This document shows, piece after piece, positions 40,843 through 54,982 of a stretch of DNA of 64,000 nt. The notes beneath the pieces are model-generated. The model was not told where the DNA came from, did not search any database, and was given only the letters and a program-made list of their open reading frames with translations. How positions within the stretch are numbered: the stretch's first letter is position 1; every line of letters starts with the position of its first letter. Source of the DNA: Hormiphora californensis (Eukaryota > Animalia > Ctenophora); the NCBI GenBank assembly GCA_020137815.1, contig CM035361.1, forward strand, positions 4,216,001 through 4,280,000, written 5' to 3'. A program made the translations under genes and the position numbers.

Positions 40843-42020
40843 TCTTTGCTTTCTTGCTTTCTTGCTTTCTTGCTTTGCTTTTTGCTTTTGCTTGCTTGTT
40901 CTTGCTTTCTTGCTTTGCTTTCTTGTCTTTGTCTTCTTCTTTCTTGCTTTTTCTTGCTTTCTTTTTTCTTGCTTTCTTGCTTTCTGCTTTCTTGCTTTCT
41001 TTTTTTTTGCTTTCTTGCTTTTTTGCTTTCTGGCTTTTTCTTGTTTTTCTTGCTTTCTTGCTTTCTTGCTTTTTTGTTTTCTTGTTTCTTGCTTTCTTGC
41101 TTTTTTGCTTTTCTGCTTTCTTGCTTTCTTGCTTTTTTTTTTTTCTTTCCTTGCTTTTTGCTTTCTTGTTTCTTGCTTTCTTTGCTTTCTTGCTTTCTTG
41201 CTTCTGTTTCTTGCTTTCTTGCTTTTGCTTTCTTGCTTTCTTTCTTGCTTTCTTCTTTCTTGCTTTCTTGCTTCTTGCTTTCTTGCTTCTTGCTTTCTTG
41301 CTTTCTTGCTTTCTTGCTTTCTTGCTTTCTTGCTTTCTTGCTTTCTTGCTTTCTTGCTTCTTGCTTTCTTGCTTCTTGCTTTCTTGCTTTCCTTGCTTTC
41401 TTGCTTTCTTGCTTTCTTGCTTTCTTGCTTTCTTGCTTTCTTGCTTTCTTGCTTTCTTGCTTTCCTTGCTTTCTGCTTTCTTGCTTTTCTTGCTTTCTTG
41501 CTTTCTTGCCTTTCTTGCTTTTTGCTTGCTTTCTTGCTTTCTTGCTTTCTTGCTTTCTTGCTTTGCTTTGCTTCTTGCTTCTTGCTTTCTTGCTTTCTTG
41601 CTTTCTTGCTTTCTTGCTTTCTTGCTTTCTTGCTTTCTTGCTTATCTTGCTTGCTTGCTTGCTTGCTTTGCTTGCTATGCTTGCTTGCTTGCTTGCTTGC
41701 CTTGCTTGCTTGCTTGCTTGCTTCTTGCTGCTTGCTTGCTTGCTTTCTTGCCTTGCTGCTTGCTTGTATTCTTGCTTGCTTGCTTGCTTGCTTGACTTTC
41801 TTGCTTTCTTGCTTTTGCTTCTTGCTTTCTTGCTTTCTTGCTTTTCTTGCTTTCTTGCTTTCTATGCTTTCTTGCTTTCTTGCTTTCTTGCTTTCTTGCT
41901 TTCTTGCCTTTCTTGCTTTCTTGGCTTGTCTTGCTTTCTTGCTTTCTTGCTTTATTGCTTGCTTTCTGAGCTTCTTGATTTCTTGCTTGCATTGCTTTCT
42001 TGATTGATTGATTGATTGAT
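39393..42020. repeat. Degenerate (CTTGCTTT)n/(CTTG)n microsatellite
   Basis: Direct inspection; source of the KQESKKAR/LSCFLAF pseudo-ORFs. Confidence 0.95.
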
Positions 42021-42105
42021 TGGTACAGCCCACACGTACGCCTCCCATTAGTAATACACACCTTCCTCCTATAGTACAACTCCCTTACAGTACGTTTCAA
42101 CACAC

Positions 42106-42521
42106 CGACTTGACCTGAGATTCCTGGAAATTCAGGATCTCCCCTTTGTAAAGACACGCGCAATGCGCCAAATTCCAAGAATTACGGGTCAAGTCGCTTG
42201 AAACGGACTTTACCAGCTCCGTAAAATTATTGGCAATAGTAAATTACAAATTATATTGAGAACATGAGAATTATGTATGTGGCGGGAGTATGAGGAGAAG
42301 CCAGACGAAACCCACACACTCTCCCGTGCAGCAGTAGTAAGTAGGATTAACACGGCTGCTTGCAGTCAGAATACGGTAATGGAAAACGGAGACACTGTAT
42401 GAAGGCGCGCAACCGTGGCCAATCGTTCGCGTTAGTATACGTGCTGACAAAAAGTACTTTTAACAGATTGTTGACAAAAGTCCTTGCGCGTTACGCAAAT
42501 TCCGCGCAGATTACTGTATTT

Positions 42522-42523
<2 letters not shown>
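42106..42523 (+). repeat. ~420-bp segment duplicated at 43869-44285
   Basis: Near-identical direct copy, each preceded by GATT and CTTGCTTT arrays. Confidence 0.9.
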
Positions 42524-43785
<1,262 letters not shown>

Positions 43786-45842
43786 GGTCCCGACCCCCAC
43801 GTACTCCTCCCATCTTCCTCCAACCCCTTCCTCCTCTCGTCACCTCCTTCCCGTCCGTTTCACTCACACGACTTGACCTGAGATTCCTGGAAATTCAGGA
43901 TCTCCCCTTTGTAAAGACACGCGCAATGCGCCAAATTCCAAGAATTACGGGTCAAGTCGCTTGAAACGGACTTTACCAGCTCCGTAAAATTATTGGCAAT
44001 AGTAAATTACAAATTATATTGAGAACATGAGAATTATGTATGTGGCGGGAGTATGAGAGAAGCCAGACGAAACCCACACACTCTCCCGTGCAGCAGTAGT
44101 AAGTAGGATTAACACGGCTGCTTGCAGTCAGAATACGGTAATGGAAAACGGAGACACTGTATGAAGGCGCGCAACCGTGGCCAATCGTTCGCGTTAGTAT
44201 ACGTGCTGACAAAAAGTACTTTTAACAGATTGTTGACAAAAGTCCTTGCGCGTTACGCAAATTCCGCGCAGATTACTGTATTTTGTATTACCGTATTCTG
44301 ACTGCAAGCAGCACTGTTAGGAACATGTGAACACTAGATCAAGGGAATCCGGGGGGGGGGGGGGGGACCTCTTCCCTTATGAGGGGTGCACAAAATAGAG
44401 GTTTAGTTAGTTTAGTTAGTATTCGAACAGGACTAATCTTTGATTCAACAATGATTGCTCGAGTGATATTTCTCAATATTTTCGCTGGAAGGGATTGACA
44501 AGATAAAGAAAGATGCCCTTTTCAGATCATGTCCTTTGTATCATGAATCATATGTAAATTGTCTGATTCTCGCACAAATGCCGACGCAAGAATTGCCGTA
44601 AATGCCGCTATTATTATTTTGGAGCCCCATAGTGGTTAGTGATCCGAACAAAAGGGTCACCACACACCAAAGTTAAAATTAAAATTAAAATTTTGATTTT
44701 AAACCCGCACACACCAGCGGCCGTTAAAATTTCTCTCCCCCATTCTAAAAGTAACAATCTCGTGCGCGATTTTAACGGCGTGTTAAAATTTTGTCATCCA
44801 ACGCGACCGTCAAAATCGTGTGTGAGATTGTTACTTTTAGAATGGGGAGAGAATTTTTAACGGCCGCTGGTGTGTGCGGGTTTAAAATCAAAATTTTAAT
44901 TTTAATTTTAACTTTGGTGTGTGGTGACCCAAAGATTGTTATTTTGGGGTAGGCGGTAAATGTTAACCAGATCTGAGAGAAAACGTACGTGCAAAACCAC
45001 GTTTTTGTCCATAACTCAGTCATTTCTTGACCAATTTGCAAAATCTTGGGCGCGTTGGAAAAAGGACATTGAGCTCTTTCAAATAAGCCCAATAAAACTA
45101 AAATCGGCGCAAAATGCGGCGTCATGGCGCAAAATGCGCGTTTTCGCCACCACGCCGCGCAATTTGCGCCAATTTTCATTAGGATCCATCGCATCCTATT
45201 CTCGCTCCGCGAATAATAGGATCCCGGCCCGTTGAGAGCAAGAACTCACGTGCGCGCGATATAAAGCACGTTTTCAGCAGATCGCGCGTGATAGACCGTT
45301 TTTGGAGACCTTTTTAGCTGACCTAGCACTACTAAAAGGTCAATTATGGCCTCATTTCGCATCGTGATGAATCGGCGGGTATTTTCCCATACTCACAAGG
45401 CCATGACGATTCCCCCAGTACCCGCAGATTGTCCCAGGACCGAGTAGGAGCTTGCAGCCAGGTCTTTAAAGAATTGCTCATGTTTAGCGTCAATTTTGAC
45501 CCACTATTTCTCAAATGCTGATACTCGCGGGTATTTTCCGTAAAATTAGAGACGATTATCTGCCAGTAGCAACAAACGAGATGCAAATCGGTTCAGTAGT
45601 TCCTTGCAGCCAGGTCTTTGAAAAAGTTTGCTCTAAAATCAATAACGGGCCGGAGGCCTAGATGTGAGATCGATCTCGGTCGCTGCGCGACCTCGATCTC
45701 ACTCAGGCATCAATGTGGCCAGAGGGAAACAGAGATATGGACCAATCAAACAGCCAGACCTGCCGGAGATGGGGCGGGACAGCTAGTTGTGGAGCAGGGG
45801 ACAATTGGACCCCAAGTAGTTCCTGGACAACCGGGAACTAAC

Positions 45843-45951
45843 CAGGAACCGACCGAAACAAGTAAACAACCAATCAGAACTCGTTATTTAGGTCACGTGA
45901 CTGGTTATCAGCCAATCAGGGACCAGTATTTCCTGATTCGGTCGGTTCCTG
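45843..45951. mobile_element. 109-bp hAT-type MITE, second copy
   Basis: Same TIRs as 15118; 8-bp TSD GAACTAAC (45835-45842, 45952-45959). Confidence 0.9.
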
Positions 45952-46659
45952 GAACTAACCAACCTGATGGCACCGGCAGAGCGGATGGTGCGGACTCCTG
46001 CCGGACTTTGGATCTACGGACCCCGGTAAGAAATTAGAGAAATTTGAAGAGGACGGAAGGAATCACAGAGAGGGAAAAAGAAAAGAGCGAGGGTAATAAG
46101 ACGCCTAGGTAGTTCGTAAAATCTCATGACCTATTTCTTAATAGGACCCCCCCCCCGCCGCCATGAGATTCATATCACCATCATATCGGGGAACGGACTC
46201 GGAGTATGACCATGACCCAGCTTCTACCCGACCAACCAGGACTACCAACAGCAGCCGCCCTTGTCCACCTATCTGAGGGGGCGACGGCGTTCCCCGAGCC
46301 CCTCCTACAGGGTAAAAAGAAGAACCGACACGAGCATTACCCTGCAAAAAATATAAATACAAACTAAAATATAATACTAATTGAATCGAGAGAATAAGAC
46401 GATCCTGGCCAATTTTTACAACCTTTGAATTTTTAATGTTTTTTATTCTTTTAATCAACATCCCCAGTGTAAACTCTAACGTTTCCTGTCTTATGTACCG
46501 TCTCTGCCTCGTCCAAAGATAGAGAGAGGTAGTCGAGGGGAAGGGATGCGATATCACCATCATCTGTCGGGTGCCACAGACCCCATCTGAACATACTGTC
46601 GAATCAAATCGGGTTCTGATACCGCAGACCCCATCTCGCCACATTGTCGAATCAAATCA

Positions 46660-47770
46660 AGCAAGGAAAGTACTTCACGGATTTAATCACCGATAACCAA
46701 TTAGTCATCCTGAACGGCCGAACTTTGGGTGACCTAACAGGAGCCTTTACTAGTATTCAGAGACAGGGCTGCTCCGTAGTTGACTATGTTGCTACGTCGC
46801 GTGAGCTCTTCCAATCCGTTGAGCACATGAAAGTAGGCAGCCTCCTCCCCACCTCGGACCATCGTCCTCTTACTACCCTTTTAAGATGTTCGTTTCAAGC
46901 CAACTCTATAGGAAGCATGGAACGCTCTTACAATAAGGCCCCCAGTAGGTTTATTATTACAACCACGGGAAAATCTCTTTTCCGAAATCTTCAGAAAGAG
47001 TCTGATACTGCACTCACAGATATCACCAACAAACTAGCGGACCCCTCTGATCCTGTTCTAGCATACACGGGGATGGTAAACCACCTCCGCAGACTCTGCA
47101 ACACTTCATTCAAGGTATCAAACCCAGGATCTAAAAAAGCCCACTCTACTCAACCGTGGCACAATCGGAACATCAAGGAGGCGAGGAAACTACTAGGAAA
47201 AGCAACTTCTCTTACGGACTCATTCCCAGATAAGGCAGGTACAAAAAACTCATCAGAAATTCAAAGACTCGATACACATCGAAACTCAACAAAGACATCG
47301 AGGATGGAAAAATTCTTAACTGGCAAGGGTTTCACAAGGTAAAGAAACTTAAGACCCACAGTGAGCAGTTTAATACAGTAGATATGGAGAACTTTGAATC
47401 CTTCTTCACAAATCTATACTCCGATACCCATGCATCTTTAACAGTTGAGGAGAAAAACACTATGCTCCAAGAAGCCGATGAAATCAACCAACACAACTCC
47501 AGAAACCAAGATGAAGCTGCCCTTGCTCTTAACACTGATATCTCCATACAAGAAATATCAGGTTGCATTCGAAGCCTCAAATGTGGAAAAGCTGCTGGAG
47601 ATGACATGTTCTCCAATGACATTCTGAAGATCCTTGATGAACGACACGTCGACATACTTACCGAAATACTCAACAACTGTTTCAGGACTGGAACTTATCC
47701 CTGGACGAATAGCATCATCACACCCTTACACAAAAAAGGTCCACGTGGAGACCCCGACAATTATCAGAAC
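46660..47770 (+). pseudogene. Decayed LINE ORF2 fragment (end of APE endonuclease to start of reverse transcriptase)
   Basis: ILNGRTLGDLTGAFT...SVVDYV...SDHRPL (endonuclease) and LKCGKAAGDDMFSNDILK...WTNSIITPLHKKGPRGDPDNY (RT N-terminus). The frame breaks near 47240-47340 and the RT core is missing. Confidence 0.85.
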
Positions 47771-48135
47771 ATCTTCCTCAATCTTCATAACTACACCCCG
47801 CGGATCGCAGGCCTGGTGGCGTGTTTTACTCACGCCATCATTTAAACTCGCGAAAAATTTACTAAAGGACATAAACCGGCTTAGCTGCCTCACACCACTT
47901 AGAACAAACTCCACTACACTCCGGCCTTGTAATCTGAATAATTATTTATTACTGTGTATATTCCCAGAATCTGGAGCACCAACCTGACACCCTCTGTCCT
48001 TGGATGTCGACAGGTTGATGCTCCAACATTCTTACGCACCGGGAAACCCGTGCAGAATTATTTTAAAACCGTGTCAAAACCGTGTCAATCGGGGTATGGT
48101 GCCGCAATACAGGTCATCATTGCATCTAGAACCAA

Positions 48136-51100
48136 TTATTCACTCCATATAATCCAACATACACTATCATCCAAACTCCAAATATTGGGAGAGGAGAAAG
48201 GGTGCGAGGATAAATCCCGAGAACATCATTGGTATAAGTGTATTCGCAATCCGTTTCGCTGTCTATAATCTTAACTGACTGCTCCTGCCCGCTAATATTA
48301 ACCACTTCTGTGACCTGTGAGAGAGAGAGTCGAGAGAAAGAAGAGAGAGGAGAGAAAAAAGAGAGACTGAGACAGAAATATCACCTCTTTACTGCAATTC
48401 CGTGTGTAATCTTGACACGTAGTATATATATCCACACAATCAATTCGGCACTCCATCAAAATGTTGGCTCCCTCGTATTTGAACTCTGTTTTACAAAAGC
48501 CCATCGTGATATTACATCCATCTCGTAAAGCTCCAACAGACGGAATGCACTCTGCTACCACCTAGGTATGGAATAGCTGGTTACCTAGTTGGTTACCATC
48601 GTTACCTAGTTGGTTACCATAGATACCATGGTTACCAAAAAACATCATAGTATCCATGGGAACCATCAAACACTACTCACCTCAGGTGCATTTCCAGTAG
48701 CTTTAAGTTTCGGGATGTAATTTGTATTTGTTAGAATGCAACCATCGTAGTCTTCACTGCATTCTACTGTCGGATCCCCGGCGCTCTTTGTACATTTCCT
48801 TACGTAAGCTAGTGTAGAGAGACAGACATTTTAGAGTACATGTGTCTAATTTAAGCGTTCAACAACTACAGTCGGACCCCGATTTACCGGGATGCTCGGG
48901 GGAAAGGGTTCTGCCCGGTAAATCGGGGTGCCCGGTACATCGGGGTCAAATACCGTTATTTTCCAATATCGGGGGAAGTTTATCCTCCCGGTAAATCGGG
49001 GTTCCGGTAAATCGGGGCCCGGTAAATCGGGGTCCGACTGTATTAAAATTCCTGGGAATTATGTTAGTGCACTAATTCCCGGGGACATGTTCCCTTTGTT
49101 TTGGTGAAACCCATTTTATTTGGGGCCCGCGAAAGGGAGTCTAGCTATAGGCGATGTTCCTGCTGCAAAATTTAGTTACGGTTCAAAGATGGATTTAACA
49201 TGTTTCTGTAACATGCACCGCTAACATATGATAACACTTACATTCACAATCTCCGGTAGTATGGTAGTTAAGGTCGTGCGCACTTTTTGGCGCCATTTGG
49301 CGCCAAATTGGCGCCATTTTGGCGCCACGTGGCGCCACGTGGCGATATTTTAGCGCCAAATGGCGCCAAAATTTGGCGACTGCGCACAACCGCCAATTTG
49401 GCGCCAAAATGGCGCCAAGTTGGCGATTTTTTGGCGCCACGTGGCGCCAAGTGGCGCCACGTGGCGATTGTAAATCGCCAAGTGTTGGCGGTATTTGGCG
49501 GTACCGCCACGTGGCGATGCGAATTTGTCTGAATAAACTGTGTCCATCGCCAAGTGGCGCCAAATTGGCGCCATGTACTTTTCACTCTTGGCGCCAAATT
49601 GGCGCCAAATTGGCGCCACTTGGCGAGTGGGAACGTTCAGAAGCGGAAATTAACCACCTCTTTGGCACAATCTTGGCGCCAAATTGGCGCTGCTTGGCGA
49701 TAAGCGCCAATTTGGCGCCAAATGGCGCTACTTGGCGCCAATTTAGCGCCAAATTGGCGATTGGATACAAATCGCCAACTTAGCGCCAAATTGGCGCTAA
49801 TTTGGCGATTGGCGCCAATTTAGCGCCAATTTGGCGCCAAATGGCGCTACTTGGCGCCAATTTAGCGCCAAATTGGCGATTGGATACAAATCGCCAACTT
49901 AGCGCTAAATTGGCGATTTGTATCCAATCGCCAATTTGGCGCTAAATTGGCGCCAAGTAGCGCCATTTGGCGCCAAATTGGCGCTAAATTGGCGCCAATC
50001 GCCAAATTGGAGCCAAATTGGCGCTAAGTTGGCGATTTGTATCCAATCGCCAATTTGGCGCTAAATTGGCGCCAAGCAGCGCCATTTGGCGCCAAATTGG
50101 CGCTAATTTGGCGCCAATCGCCATTTTGGCGCTAAGTTGGCGGCAATCGCCAAGCAGCGCTAAGTTGGCGATTTGTGTCCAATCGCCAATTTGGCGCCAA
50201 ATTGGCGCCAAGCAGCGCCATTTGGCGCTAAGTTGGCGGCAATCGCCAAGCAGCGCCAATTTGGCGCTAAGTTGGCGATTTGTATCTAATCGCCAATTTA
50301 GCGCCAAATTGGCGCCACTTGGCGCCATTTGGCGCCACTTGGCGATAGGAATTCCTCTGATGGACGTTATGAATATTTGGAATTTTAGGTAATATCGCCA
50401 ATTTGGCGCCAATTTGGCGCCACTTGGCGATGGACACAGTTTATTCAGACAAATTCGCATCGCCACGTGGCGGTACCGCCAAATACCGCCAACACTTGGC
50501 GATTTACAATCGCCACGTGGCGCCACTTGGCGCCACGTGGCGCCATTTGGCGCCAAAAAATCGCCAACTTGGCGCCATTTTGGCGCCAAATTGGCGGTTG
50601 TGCGCAGTCGCCAAATTTTGGCGCCATTTGGCGCTAAAATATCGCCACGTGGCGCCACGTGGCGCCAAAATGGCGCCAATTTGGCGCCAAATGGCGCCAA
50701 AAAGTGCGCACGACCTTAACTACCATACTACCCAATCTCCTGTGTAAGTTGTATGCGCAGTCAGATTACTGCTTCTCGTATCGGCATTATCGCATTTGAA
50801 GGTCAGATTATCGCAACCAATTCTTATGCCGCTGCAAGGAATTTAGGTGACTGAATTATTTGCTACGCTTCAGTCAAACAAAAGCTTACCATAACCTCAA
50901 ATTACCGTGCAGCCCATTCCAAGGAGTCAGGACCCAGATGATTCTAATACAGTCGGACCCGATTTAGTGGCATCCTCGGGGGAAAGGGGTTTGTCCACCA
51001 AATCGGGGTGTCCACTAAATCCGGGTCAAATAATGTTAATTTCCTATATCGGGGGAAAAATCCTGCCACTAAATCGGGGTGCCACTAAATCGGGGTGCCA

Positions 51101-51172
51101 CTAAATCGGGGTCCGACTGTATATCGAAAGACGAACTGGTTACGTAGATATAGAGATGAAGGAAGAACTCAT
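48136..51172 (-). CDS. Small Cys-rich secreted/surface protein (tentative 5-exon model)
   Basis: MSSSFISIS(T)|IIWVLTPWNGLH(A)|YVRKCTKSAGDPTVECSEDYDGCI...PE|VVAECIPSVG...NCSKE|VTEVVNISG... Exons at ~51172-51144, ~50944-50907, ~48809-48681, ~48561-48385 and ~48314-48136 with compatible phases. The C-terminus is uncertain. Confidence 0.55.
48869..49040. mobile_element. ~172-bp Tc1/mariner-type MITE (CAGTCGGACCCCG TIR, TA TSD)
   Basis: TA|CAGTCGGACCCCGATTT...AAATCGGGGTCCGACTG|TA. Relatives at 50950-51119, 55990-56161 and partial ~18165-18237. Confidence 0.9.
49255..50732. mobile_element. Foldback element built of GGCGCC repeats, 8-bp TSD CAATCTCC, GG termini (Merlin-like, tentative)
   Basis: CAATCTCC|GGTAGTATGGTAGTTAAGGTCGTGCGC...GCGCACGACCTTAACTACCATACTACC|CAATCTCC; arms ~320 bp plus an inner palindrome. 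Confidence 0.85.
50950..51119. mobile_element. CAGTCGGACCC MITE copy
   Basis: TIRs and TA TSD as at 48869. Confidence 0.85.
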
Positions 51173-52042
51173 TTGTCATGATTTAACCCGCCCGAAACAC
51201 AGTCTAGCCAGGCAAGAACTCATGCATGATCATGAAAACTCACGTATTATTTTCTCTGGTCGCTTGGTATTCTGGATATGCCCTAACTCCGAGAGGGGAG
51301 CACTCAAGTAGCCTGCAAAGAGAAATGGGATTGCAGATGCTATATAGAGGTGCTATATTTTTTCCCTGCCCGGGTGATTGCCGAAGGCATTCACCCGGGA
51401 TGATGTTTTTAGCACGCACGTGCTAAAAAGATCATTCAGGGTTTAGAAATCAGCAGATTGTGTAGTTAACTAAAATGTCCGTCTGTCCGTCTGTCCACCG
51501 TTACACATAGCAACAAAGTCTGCTCCTTCATAAATCTTTCAACTCACACTTTGTTGATGCAACAAAGGAAATGATTAATACGCATTGTGGCGCGCAATTA
51601 CTCACTCGTATCACTTCCTACTTTCACCTGAAATCACTTTGGGTACCCTACAGCCGTACCATGACGTGGTAGCAAGTCTTCCAAGCATGAAACTACTATC
51701 ACACAACAATTGCAAGTGACTGGTGCTAAGATGACTGAGGCCTGAGGGTAAAGGTGAAGCGCTTGGTCACCAACTAGGGTCTCCTAAGCAACTGTCTTAG
51801 TTATCATAGCAACTGCCTTGGTTACCATAGCAACCACCCTGGTTACCATAGCAACTAACATCGTATCAGCCAAAAAGTGCAAAATTCATCGGAAAATCTG
51901 AATTTGAAGCTCATTCATCAATTGTACACCCATCTGGGGCAGGGAAACACCGCATTATGAATACATAATGCAATAATTCTTGTTTTTCGATAGGAGGAAC
52001 AAAATCCCTTCAAGTTGACAGCTCGTGTAGGTAACATGGCTG

Positions 52043-52375
52043 TCAGGCCAATCCTCTATTCTCTAACGGCAATAATTCTTGCACGCTCCTCAATGGGAAT
52101 ATAGGATCAGACCAATGCTCAGAGCTTGCAACTGTGTGGCGCCGCCGACCCCATCTAACCACACTGTCGAGAATCAAACCGGGGTCTGGCGCCGCCGGAC
52201 CTTTTGTGTTCGCGCCAAGACCGGACAGAACAGTACCATTATACCTGTTCCAGGAGATCCAGGGGGAATACTTTGCAGTAAGGTGGTAAACCTCATTTAA
52301 GGGCCGCATTTCTCCACCATCATACGATCCTGCACTCACAGCCGCGATGAACACCAAAACAAGAAGGAACCGCAT
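52043..52375 (-). CDS. Probable first exon of a secreted protein (structure unresolved)
   Basis: MRFLLVLVFIAAVSA is a good signal peptide. Candidate donors lie after PLNE or SWNR; the distal ORF runs through a small repeat. Confidence 0.4.
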   Translation of the reverse strand: MRFLLVLVFIAAVSAGSYDGGEMRPLNEVYHLTAKYSPWISWNRYNGTVLSGLGANTKGPAAPDPGLILDSVVRWGRRRHTVASSEHWSDPIFPLRSVQELLPLENRGLA

Positions 52376-52753
52376 ACTAGAAATTTAATCAGTGAGAAAA
52401 CAGTACTGTTTCAATGTGTGTGTCTACAGCATCAACCAAATTATCCAAACGGAAATACAAAATTATCTCTGTCATTTTCTCTGTCGCCTGGGGGGATTTG
52501 CGTGTAGAAATCATTAGTAATGCCAATCAAACGCATCATTTAGCGAGGGAAAGTATATTTTAGGCCAATTTTTGCGTTTTTCAATTAGCAAAAGTTTTCC
52601 AGACTTATACTAAGCGGTATCTACACCTCCATAATTACCACCTTTTAGCATGTAATGGGAGAAGTTTCATAGAAAACAGAGGAGGTGAGAGTCAGAGTGT
52701 GCTTACCGACTCTAATGATTAAGTCACGTAGCTGTGATAATGGTATATATATA

Positions 52754-54796
52754 TCACTAGAAAGCCCATTGAAATCCCAGGACAGCCCCCCCCCACCCGT
52801 CTCTATCCCCCCTCTTACTCTTCGTCTCTCCATGTCGGGGTAAAGAATACGGAGGTTGGTAGTGGTGATAAACATCAAGGGAAATTCCGCTGAATAACAT
52901 GTAGAAATTAGAATCAGGTGATAAAGATCCGTAGAATTGTAGCTGTGTAGAGAATCAACGGGGTACGCGGTAGGTAGAAAAGCTTTAGCAATCATGGCGG
53001 CCTCAGCAGTAGATCCCAAAACACCAACAACAACCACAGGAACACGAAACAAACAACCAACAACATGCACGTGCAGTATCCCCCCTCCAATACCCCTTCC
53101 AAGCCACCTCCTTGGCAACCCCCACCATTTGCACGTGGGATACTCCATCACCCTCCTCACGACGTTCATTTGCCCATTGAAGTCCTACGATAGCCCCCCC
53201 CCCCCCACCCGTCCCCATGTTTCTCTCCCCTCTTACTCTTTGTCTCTCCATGTCGGGGTAAAGAATACAGAGGTTGGTAGTTGTAGAGCGCTGGTGATAA
53301 ACATCATGGGAAATCCCGCTGAATAACATGTAGAATCAGGTGATAAAGATCCGTAGAATTGTAGCTGTGTAGAGAATCAACGGGGTACGTAGGTAGAAAG
53401 GCTTTAGCAATCATGGGGGCAGCAGCAGTAGATCCTAAAACACCAACAACAACAACCACAGGAACACGCAACAAACAACCAAAAACATGCACGTGCAGTA
53501 TCCCCCTCCAATACCCCTCCCAAGCCACCTCCTTGGCAACCCCCTCTATTTGCACGTGTGGATAGGTCATCATACTCCTCACCACGCCACGCATTTGTAC
53601 TTTATAATAGAGACTAGAGAGCCCAGGCAAAAGAACAAAAAACTCTCACACCCTATTGACTCCTCTCAATCCTAATCCCTGGCTCATGCCTACTTTGCTC
53701 CCTACGGCGCCGCTTCGCGGCACCTCCGGTCGCGAGATCAAACTCCACACCCCCTTCCCCCTGTTGACTCCCCTCATTCCTCACCCCTCTTATCCCTATT
53801 GACTCCCCTCGGCCCCTATTGAATCATATCGTCCCCTATTCACGTCATCTCACCCTCTAGGTATTCACTTTCCTATAACGCCATAAGGAACACTTCCCTA
53901 ACCCCTCTCTCAATCTGTGATCTGAAGCAGTTCAGAGCACCACATTTTCCATCATTGTTCACCATTTCCCCCATTACTCAGTCATTTCTCAACCAATTTC
54001 GAAAATCTTGGGCTCATTCGAAAGATAATCTTAAGCTCTTTCAAATCAGCTATTATCCCCCAAATTTATAAAACCTTTACACACGCACGTGCACTCCCCA
54101 AGCCCCACCAACCATCCCTAACAACACGCCAATTTTCCACGTGCAAACCCTAAAAACCCCTCCCCCAAATTTTGTCTTGCAACCATCTCTGCTTTATAAT
54201 ATAGATACTACTTACTAAGCAAATTGTGTGACACACATCACCTAGCAACTACACTTGCACGTGCAATTATTAGAGGGACCTGGGAGAGAGATCTCTCCCG
54301 GTTGCAGTTGGGTACCAAGGGGAAATTAAATTCTGCACGTGCATTCTTTTACTTCTGTCCTGAATATGTCTAGCTCTTCCACTCCAAGCGCTATTAGGCA
54401 ACGTTAATCTAGGTCCAGGAGAACTGCTGCTGTCAGGGAGCAGGCTAGAGAATATGACAGATTACGCCAACGTGTTCAAGCGAGCTAATCAACGACTACT
54501 GATAGCTTTACCCAACGTCGCCCAAGGGTGATTACTCCAGTCGAATATAGAAATCTCCGAATCGGCTACAATCGGCCAAGTTTTCACGTGATGAATTTCT
54601 GGAACAGCACTGCACCTCCATGACATTGATCTCTTAAATTCGCACCTTGACATTGTCAGGAAGCCCAGAGCGTACAACATGGGTAGGGAGAAAGTGAGAG
54701 ATGATGCTAGGAACGGATGGTGCAGGTGATGTCAGCGTTCCCTAATCCAGCTACCATTTCCCCGAAATTCGCCCGTAGGGCGAACGGGCCTACTAG
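52754..54796. mobile_element. Nested non-autonomous Helitron cluster
   Basis: Minus-strand element A 54205-53614 (TCTATATTATAAAG...CTCTAG) abuts tandem family-B copies 53613-52757 (TCTCTATTATAAAG...GGGCTTTCTAG). A plus-strand 3' end has hairpin TTCGCCC-GTA-GGGCGAA + CGGGCCTACTAG|T at 54768-54796. Confidence 0.75.
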
Positions 54797-54982
54797 TGGT
54801 TTTATAAGTGATTAGTGGCCGGGCTTTCCTAACAGTTCCATTGGCTTCACTAACCTGATACAGCTGTTGTAGCTGTCCCTAGACATAGGAGAACCACGGT
54901 CAGAAACAGAACTGATGGCATACTCCCTTTTTAGATCAAATCACAAACATTGAACACGACTAGAAAAATTTAAAAAGTTAGG

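Noticed and set aside
49195-50747. MAP/WRQ/GAK-rich ORFs
   Set aside because: Translations of GGCGCC repeats in the foldback element.
52138-52197. VVRW-G-RRR amidated neuropeptide motif in ORF 52043-52375
   Set aside because: It is encoded by a small inverted-repeat element (GGCGGCGCC(A)GACCCC-type ends) related to ~46570-46660 and to the termini at ~57581/57779; probably intronic read-through.
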